Shown one piece after another: positions 59,028 through 64,000 of a DNA stretch of 64,000 nt. How positions within the stretch are numbered: the first letter of the stretch is position 1; every line of letters starts with the position of its first letter. Made by a program: the position numbers and the translations under genes. The notes below the pieces were generated by a model. The model was not told the origin of the DNA and did not search any database. It was given only the letters and a program-made list of their open reading frames with translations. The stretch is from Candidatus Latescibacterota bacterium. Lineage in GTDB: Bacteria; Latescibacterota; UBA2968. The stretch is from positions 3,008,001-3,072,000 of the forward strand of contig OZ242311.1 of assembly GCA_965207885.1 (NCBI GenBank). The letters are read 5' to 3'.

Positions 59028-60104
59028 ATGAAAACATATCGCGCAGCACTGATTGGGTGCAGTCGGATGGGTGCATTTATTGACAACGAAGTGGATCACA
59101 CGCGGGCGTATTCCCATGCGGCGGGATACGAGGCATGTGATCGAACAGATCTGGTCGCGTGTTCGGATCTGCGCGAGGATGTGATGGCGCAGGCGGGTGA
59201 GCGATATGGGGTTCCAAAATCGCGACAGTACACGGATTATCGGGAACTTATCAATACGGAAGAGCCAGATATTGTGAGCGTGGCGACGCAGCCAGAGCAG
59301 CGCGCAGAAATTGTGGTATATGCCGCCGAGCACGGGGCAAAGGCGATCTATGCGGAAAAAGCGATGGCGGCTTCTATGGCAGATGCCGATGCGATGGTCG
59401 ATGCGTGTGAGCGCAATGGGGTGTTTTTCAATTTGGGCACCAATCGGCGGTGGGATAGAGGGTATGACAGTATGAAAGAGGTGATTGACAGCGGGCGCAT
59501 TGGGCAGTTGCGGTCGCTGATCATTCACCAGACGAGTTCTCTTTTCAATGGTGCGAGTCACAGTTTTGATCTGTTGATGCGCCTCAATAGCGACCATCCC
59601 GCGTTATGGGTGCAGGGACATCTACAGCAGGGTGCAGACGAGATTGAGGGAAATATTTTGAAGGCAGATCCCGCGGGGCACGGGATTATCCAGTTTGAAA
59701 ATGGAGTGACGGCGTATGCGCTCAATTCTGGACGTGGTCTGGAGGTTGAAGCTGTGGGCGATGCGGGGGTTGTGACGAGTTTGCAAAATGGCGCAGGGTG
59801 GCAGGTGCGCGAGGTGGTTGGGCACGATCACAGGGGACGGAATGTGCTGGGATTTGGGGATTTTCCAGAGGTGGAGCCGACGAGTTCAACCGTACATTTG
59901 ATTGAAGATCTGGCACATGCGCTGGATACAGGTGAACCGACGCGGTGCGGTGTGCGGTTGGCACACGCCAATCAAGAATTGATTTTTGCTTTTGTCGAAT
60001 CGCACCAGCGAGGGGGCGAACGGGTGCATCTGCCGTTGAAAGATTGTCCCTATCGCATGGATCGCGGTTTTGCACCCAGGCAGCCAAAGTTTGGACGTGA
60101 ATGA
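59028..60104 (+). CDS. Gfo/Idh/MocA family oxidoreductase, paralog of the upstream gene
   Basis: MKTYR..LIGCSRMG, EKAMA and SHSFD motifs. Confidence 0.9.
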   Translation: MKTYRAALIGCSRMGAFIDNEVDHTRAYSHAAGYEACDRTDLVACSDLREDVMAQAGERYGVPKSRQYTDYRELINTEEPDIVSVATQPEQRAEIVVYAAEHGAKAIYAEKAMAASMADADAMVDACERNGVFFNLGTNRRWDRGYDSMKEVIDSGRIGQLRSLIIHQTSSLFNGASHSFDLLMRLNSDHPALWVQGHLQQGADEIEGNILKADPAGHGIIQFENGVTAYALNSGRGLEVEAVGDAGVVTSLQNGAGWQVREVVGHDHRGRNVLGFGDFPEVEPTSSTVHLIEDLAHALDTGEPTRCGVRLAHANQELIFAFVESHQRGGERVHLPLKDCPYRMDRGFAPRQPKFGRE

Positions 60105-61132
60105 AGGAGGTTATTGTGGAATATCGCGAGTTTGGACAGACGGGTTTGAAGGTTTCGGCAATCGGTTTTGGATGCTGGGAATTGGGCGGGGGATATGGGT
60201 CTATTGATGACGCTGAGGTCGTCGCTGCGGTCAACCGCGCAGTTGATCTGGGGATCAATTGTTTTGATACGGCGCAGGGATATGGCAAGGGCGCGTCTGA
60301 ACGGTTGCTTGCGCGCGCGCTGGGCCCCAGGCGCAAAGATGTGATTCTGGTTACAAAGTTCGGCATTGGATACGAGCATGGCAGAGATAGCAGCAAGGAG
60401 ATGGTCCACCGGGCGATTGAGCAGAGTTTAGAGATGCTGAATACGGATTATGTCGATGTGTATCTCGTGCATTGGCCCGACCGCGATACGCCTTTTGAAG
60501 AGACCATGGGCGCGTTAGAGGAAATCGTCCAGGCAGGGAAGACGCGGTTTGTGGGGCTGTCGAATTTTACGCCGCCGGAAATCGCGCGGTGTATGGATGC
60601 TCGCCGTGTGGAGGTGTTGCAATACGGGTGTAATTTGTTTGATCGCCGCCATGTCAAGTGGACGTTTCCCTATGCCGAAGCAAATAATGTGGGGGTGATG
60701 ACGTACGGTTCTCTGGCTTATGGTCTGCTTGCTGGCGCGTTTACAGAAGACACGGTTTTTGAGGACAATGATTGGCGCAGAAGAGGCGGTAGCAATACGA
60801 CTTTGCGCCTGTTTGAGCCGGGTATTTTCCAGCGCAATGTCCGGGCGGTGAATGAGTTGAAAGAGATCGCCGCGGGGTTGGGCAAAAATCTGCCGCACAT
60901 GGCGCTGAATTGGGTGTTGTCTCATCAGGCTGTGAGCACGGCACTGGTGGGTGCGCGAAGGCCGGAAGAGGTGAAAGACAATATGGGCGCTCTGGGGTGG
61001 ACATTGGATGAGGATACAAAGCGGGCAATTGATCGGGTTTTTGCCAAGTACGAGATCGATACGGCGCCCAATAAGTGGGGTGAAATTGATTCTAAGTGGA
61101 TGGATATTGATCCGGCAGAATGGACAGAATGA
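60101..61132 (+). CDS. Aldo/keto reductase
   Basis: GQTGLKVS.IGFGCW, FDTA.GYG, TKFG, LVHWPD and GLSNF motifs. Confidence 0.94.
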   Translation: MKEVIVEYREFGQTGLKVSAIGFGCWELGGGYGSIDDAEVVAAVNRAVDLGINCFDTAQGYGKGASERLLARALGPRRKDVILVTKFGIGYEHGRDSSKEMVHRAIEQSLEMLNTDYVDVYLVHWPDRDTPFEETMGALEEIVQAGKTRFVGLSNFTPPEIARCMDARRVEVLQYGCNLFDRRHVKWTFPYAEANNVGVMTYGSLAYGLLAGAFTEDTVFEDNDWRRRGGSNTTLRLFEPGIFQRNVRAVNELKEIAAGLGKNLPHMALNWVLSHQAVSTALVGARRPEEVKDNMGALGWTLDEDTKRAIDRVFAKYEIDTAPNKWGEIDSKWMDIDPAEWTE

Positions 61133-61139
61133 GGGGGAT

Positions 61140-62087
61140 ATGATGGATAGCGTGCGCGTTGGCGTGATTGGATGTGGTGGCAGGGGCAGGGGACATATTC
61201 GAACTTTGGATGGTTTTGAAGATGTGCATCTCGCAGCGGTTTGCGATCCGGTTGTGGATATCCGCGAGTCCGTGTGTGAAGATTACGGGATTGAAGGGCA
61301 ATACGGCGATGTTTCCGCGTTGCTTGAAGGCGAAGCTCTGGATGCGGTTTTTGTCGCGCCGCCTGCCCACTTAAATGCCACGCTTGCACTGCCGTGTCTG
61401 GAGGCTGGCGTCAATACCTTTTTGGAGAAACCACCCGGTTTGAGCCTGAAAGAAACCGAAGCGTTAAAAGCTGCATCGGACGAAACGGGCGCGAAAGCCA
61501 TGGTGGGGTGGAATCGTCGTTTTCATCCGATTATTGTCGAGGCGCGAGATCTGGTGCTGGATCGCGGTCCTGTGACGCAATTGGTGGGGGAGTTCCACAA
61601 GAGTATCACAGAGCTGGGAAATTCGGGCAAATTTGCCGAGGTGCTGATGGATTGTATGCTTTTTGAGACGCCGATTCACGCGATTGATACGATCCGCTTT
61701 TTGGCAGATGCCGATGTTTCTGAGGTCCACAGTGTGGTGCAGCGGTCCATGTCCGGTTATCGGGATGTACACGCGGCGCTCGTCGCCTTTGAAAATGGCG
61801 TTGTCGCGCAGCTTATTCACAATTATACGACCAATGCCAGGCTGGAGCGTTATGAGATTCACGGACACGAGATTTCGGCTTATATGGAGGGCGTGTCGCG
61901 CGGAGAGGTCTTTTGCGATGGCGAGAAAAGAGAGTTGAGCGGGGATGGATCGGGAACAGATGAACAGAACCGATTTTTTATCGATTGTGTGAAAGAAGAC
62001 CGCCCGGTCGCGCTTCCCGCGGCAAATTTGGATGAGGCGATTAAGACGATGGAATTGGCCGAGGCGATTATGGCCGGGACGCGATAG
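61140..62087 (+). CDS. Gfo/Idh/MocA family oxidoreductase
   Basis: VIGCGGRG, EKPPG, NRRF.P and HAID motifs. Confidence 0.92.
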   Translation: MMDSVRVGVIGCGGRGRGHIRTLDGFEDVHLAAVCDPVVDIRESVCEDYGIEGQYGDVSALLEGEALDAVFVAPPAHLNATLALPCLEAGVNTFLEKPPGLSLKETEALKAASDETGAKAMVGWNRRFHPIIVEARDLVLDRGPVTQLVGEFHKSITELGNSGKFAEVLMDCMLFETPIHAIDTIRFLADADVSEVHSVVQRSMSGYRDVHAALVAFENGVVAQLIHNYTTNARLERYEIHGHEISAYMEGVSRGEVFCDGEKRELSGDGSGTDEQNRFFIDCVKEDRPVALPAANLDEAIKTMELAEAIMAGTR

Positions 62088-62089
62088 GG

Positions 62090-62113
62090 CGAATCAACGA
62101 ATCAACGAATCGA
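62090..62113 (+). repeat. 8-bp tandem repeat (CGAATCAA) just after a stop codon
   Basis: CGAATCAA-CGAATCAA-CGAATCGA. Confidence 0.7.
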
Positions 62114-62160
62114 CGGAGAGGTATATAGCTGGTTCAGGCCACTTTGTCTATTTCTTTCTA

Positions 62161-62189
62161 TTGACAATATTTTCTGAATCCCATACTTT
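62161..62189 (+). promoter_or_regulatory. Sigma-70-type promoter of tRNA-Pro
   Basis: TTGACA followed by a CATACT/TACTTT -10-like box, immediately upstream of the tRNA. Confidence 0.6.
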
Positions 62190-62202
62190 TAGATATTAGA
62201 AA

Positions 62203-62279
62203 CGAGGTGTGGCTCAGTCCGGTAGAGCACCTGCTTTGGGAGCAGGGGGCCGGGGGTTCAAATCCCTCCACCTCGACCA
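62203..62279 (+). tRNA. tRNA-Pro (TGG), CCA encoded
   Basis: CGAGGTG TGGCTCAGTCCGGTAGAGCA CCTGC-TTTGGGA-GCAGG GGGCCGGGGGTTCAAATCCCTC CACCTCG ACCA. Confidence 0.97.
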
Positions 62280-62285
62280 ATAAAA

Positions 62286-62320
62286 ACAAGGGGTTGTGAG
62301 TTTTATTCGCAACCCCTTGT
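62286..62320. terminator. Terminator hairpin between tRNA-Pro and purL
   Basis: ACAAGGGGTTGTGAG...TTCGCAACCCCTTGT. Confidence 0.75.
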
Positions 62321-62388
62321 CGTTTTAGGGAGTAAAGGAAAAAGCACCTGTGTAAAAATCGCACAAGCACTTTCTTTTGGCTTCTGTC

Positions 62389-64000
62389 TTACGTTTTACC
62401 CTCGCACCACTCGCGGGCATTTTGGAATATTTGAAGCCACGGAGAGGCTTGAAGATCGCGTTTCCAGTTCGCTGGCATATAGCCCCATTGCCACTTGAGA
62501 AAGGTGCGTTCAGGGTGGGGCATCATGGCGAGGTGGCGACCATCGAGGGAGCAAAGACCGGCAATACCGTGTGGCGAACCATTTGGGTTAAAGGGATAGG
62601 CTTCGGTCGCGGTATTGTTGTCATCGACATAGCGCACGGGGGAGAGGTTTCCGTCTATGACGCGGTCGAGTACGTCTGCGCGGGGAAAAAATGCGCGGCC
62701 TTCGCCGTGCGCGACCCACACGCCGAGGGATGCACCGGCCATGTTTTTAAACATAATCGCTGGACTGTCCTGAATTTGCACAGTGGAAAAACGGGATTCA
62801 AAACGCGCGGATTCGTTGCGAATAAACCGGGGTTGTTCTGTATTGGCAAGGCCGGGGAATGGAACCCAGCCGAGAAGGGCCATGAGTTGACAGCCATTGC
62901 ATACGCCGAGGCTGAAGGTATCCGGGCGGTTGTAGAAGTCATCGAACTGGGCACGTAGGCCGTCGTTGAAGCGAATCACGCCAGCCCAGCCTTTGGCAGA
63001 GTCGAGCACATCGGCATAGCTGAATCCGCCGACAAATACCACCCCTCGGAATTGCTCGCCGAGTGCGATAGTGCCAGATAAGAGATCGCTGGTGGTTATA
63101 TCCCAGGGTTCAAAGCCCGCTGCGGAAAATGCAGAGGTCATTTCGCGATCTCCATTGCTGCCCTCTTCGCGTACGATGGCGACTGCGGGTTTGCTACTGG
63201 CATTGAGAATGGCGGGTGGCGTGGGCATTGGCGCGAAGGGTATGGTAAATTTGGGACCTGTACGTGCGTGCAGAGAAGTCTCTTCTTGTGCGACGCAGGA
63301 TAGATTGGTTTGCTGGCGTTCGAGCCGGAAACTCGTGGCTTCCCACAGGTCGCGCAATTCGGGCATGGGAATTTTGAGAACGCGCTGATTATTGACTGAA
63401 ATTTGGATATCGGGACTGGAGGTTACTTTTCCAATGGTTTGGATGGGTACTTTTTCAAAGATTTCTCGCACGATCATCAGATTTTTGGGATGGACTTCAA
63501 AGACGAGGCCGAGTTCTTCGGAAAAGAGCGAGGAAATCGCATTGGCGCGGGTTTGAAGATCGATCTGAATGCCACAGTTGCCGGCAAAAGCCATTTCCAA
63601 AAGCGCGGTGATGAGACCGCCATCGCTGCGGTCGTGTCCCGAGGCAATGTAATTTTTTGCAATGCAGGATTGGAGTGCGCCAATTGCGCGTTTGAGCAGA
63701 GCGGGATCATCGACATCTGGTGACTCGTTGCCGAGTTGCTCGTACACATGGGCGAGAGAAGACCCGCCGAGGCGATGTTTGTCTGCGCCGAGATCGACGT
63801 AAAGTATGATGCCCTCATCGGGATGTTTTAAGTCGGGCGTGACGGTCTGCGTAATGTCGGGACTGGTGACATAGCCCGATATGACGAGTGTGCCGGGTGT
63901 TTTGACAGTTTCTTCGCCATCCTCTCCCGGTGCGATCGCAGCCATTGAGAGGCTGTCTTTGCCGCCATCTATAGCAATGCCCAATTCGAGCAGAATATCC
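62389..64000 (-). CDS. purL: Phosphoribosylformylglycinamidine synthase, large single-chain type; N-terminus outside the window
   Basis: GGKDSLSM, GHDRSDGGL and LFSEELG motifs; fused glutaminase domain (EGSNG, GGFSY.D, GVCNGCQ, HGEG, MPHPER). Confidence 0.96.
   Translation of the reverse strand, partial: DILLELGIAIDGGKDSLSMAAIAPGEDGEETVKTPGTLVISGYVTSPDITQTVTPDLKHPDEGIILYVDLGADKHRLGGSSLAHVYEQLGNESPDVDDPALLKRAIGALQSCIAKNYIASGHDRSDGGLITALLEMAFAGNCGIQIDLQTRANAISSLFSEELGLVFEVHPKNLMIVREIFEKVPIQTIGKVTSSPDIQISVNNQRVLKIPMPELRDLWEATSFRLERQQTNLSCVAQEETSLHARTGPKFTIPFAPMPTPPAILNASSKPAVAIVREEGSNGDREMTSAFSAAGFEPWDITTSDLLSGTIALGEQFRGVVFVGGFSYADVLDSAKGWAGVIRFNDGLRAQFDDFYNRPDTFSLGVCNGCQLMALLGWVPFPGLANTEQPRFIRNESARFESRFSTVQIQDSPAIMFKNMAGASLGVWVAHGEGRAFFPRADVLDRVIDGNLSPVRYVDDNNTATEAYPFNPNGSPHGIAGLCSLDGRHLAMMPHPERTFLKWQWGYMPANWKRDLQASPWLQIFQNAREWCEGKT

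Overview
Bacterial chromosomal window with no CRISPR array, rRNA, transposase or integrase seen. The gene inventory (three Cys-type sulfatases, two PhyH dioxygenases, five Gfo/Idh/MocA oxidoreductases, two DUF6785/DUF6784-like membrane proteins, an internalin-like LRR protein and a heparinase II/III-like lyase) resembles glycan-degrading, often sponge-associated FCB-related lineages such as Latescibacterota or Poribacteria; this is inference, not a taxonomic assignment. Layout: (1) 0-10 kb, sugar/sulfate catabolism, rhaA and an operon containing a ferredoxin-thioredoxin reductase catalytic subunit. (2) 10.2-19.6 kb, a six-gene cell-envelope cassette with a consensus sigma-54 promoter, a secreted VIT-vWA protein with an EF-hand/dockerin-like tail, a FadL/PorV-like barrel, a sensor kinase, an NtrC-type activator, a coiled-coil protein and a second barrel. 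It is bracketed by a degenerate ~140 bp direct repeat, and the kinase promoter is duplicated at 21.1 kb. (3) 24-39 kb, a co-oriented DNA-repair run: sbcD, sbcC, alr, XPB helicase, DGGGPS-like UbiA, ligA, tRNA-Ala and an XPB-associated-domain protein. (4) 39-49 kb, envelope and oxidoreductase genes. (5) 50.5-53.9 kb, a toxin-antitoxin/HEPN islet with several decayed modules. (6) 54-62 kb, a DUF6785-flippase-oxidoreductase operon, tRNA-Pro and the 3' part of purL. The best candidates for an undescribed system are the sigma-54 envelope cassette and the XPB plus p52-like partner module. All family calls come from motif recognition by eye; no database search was run.
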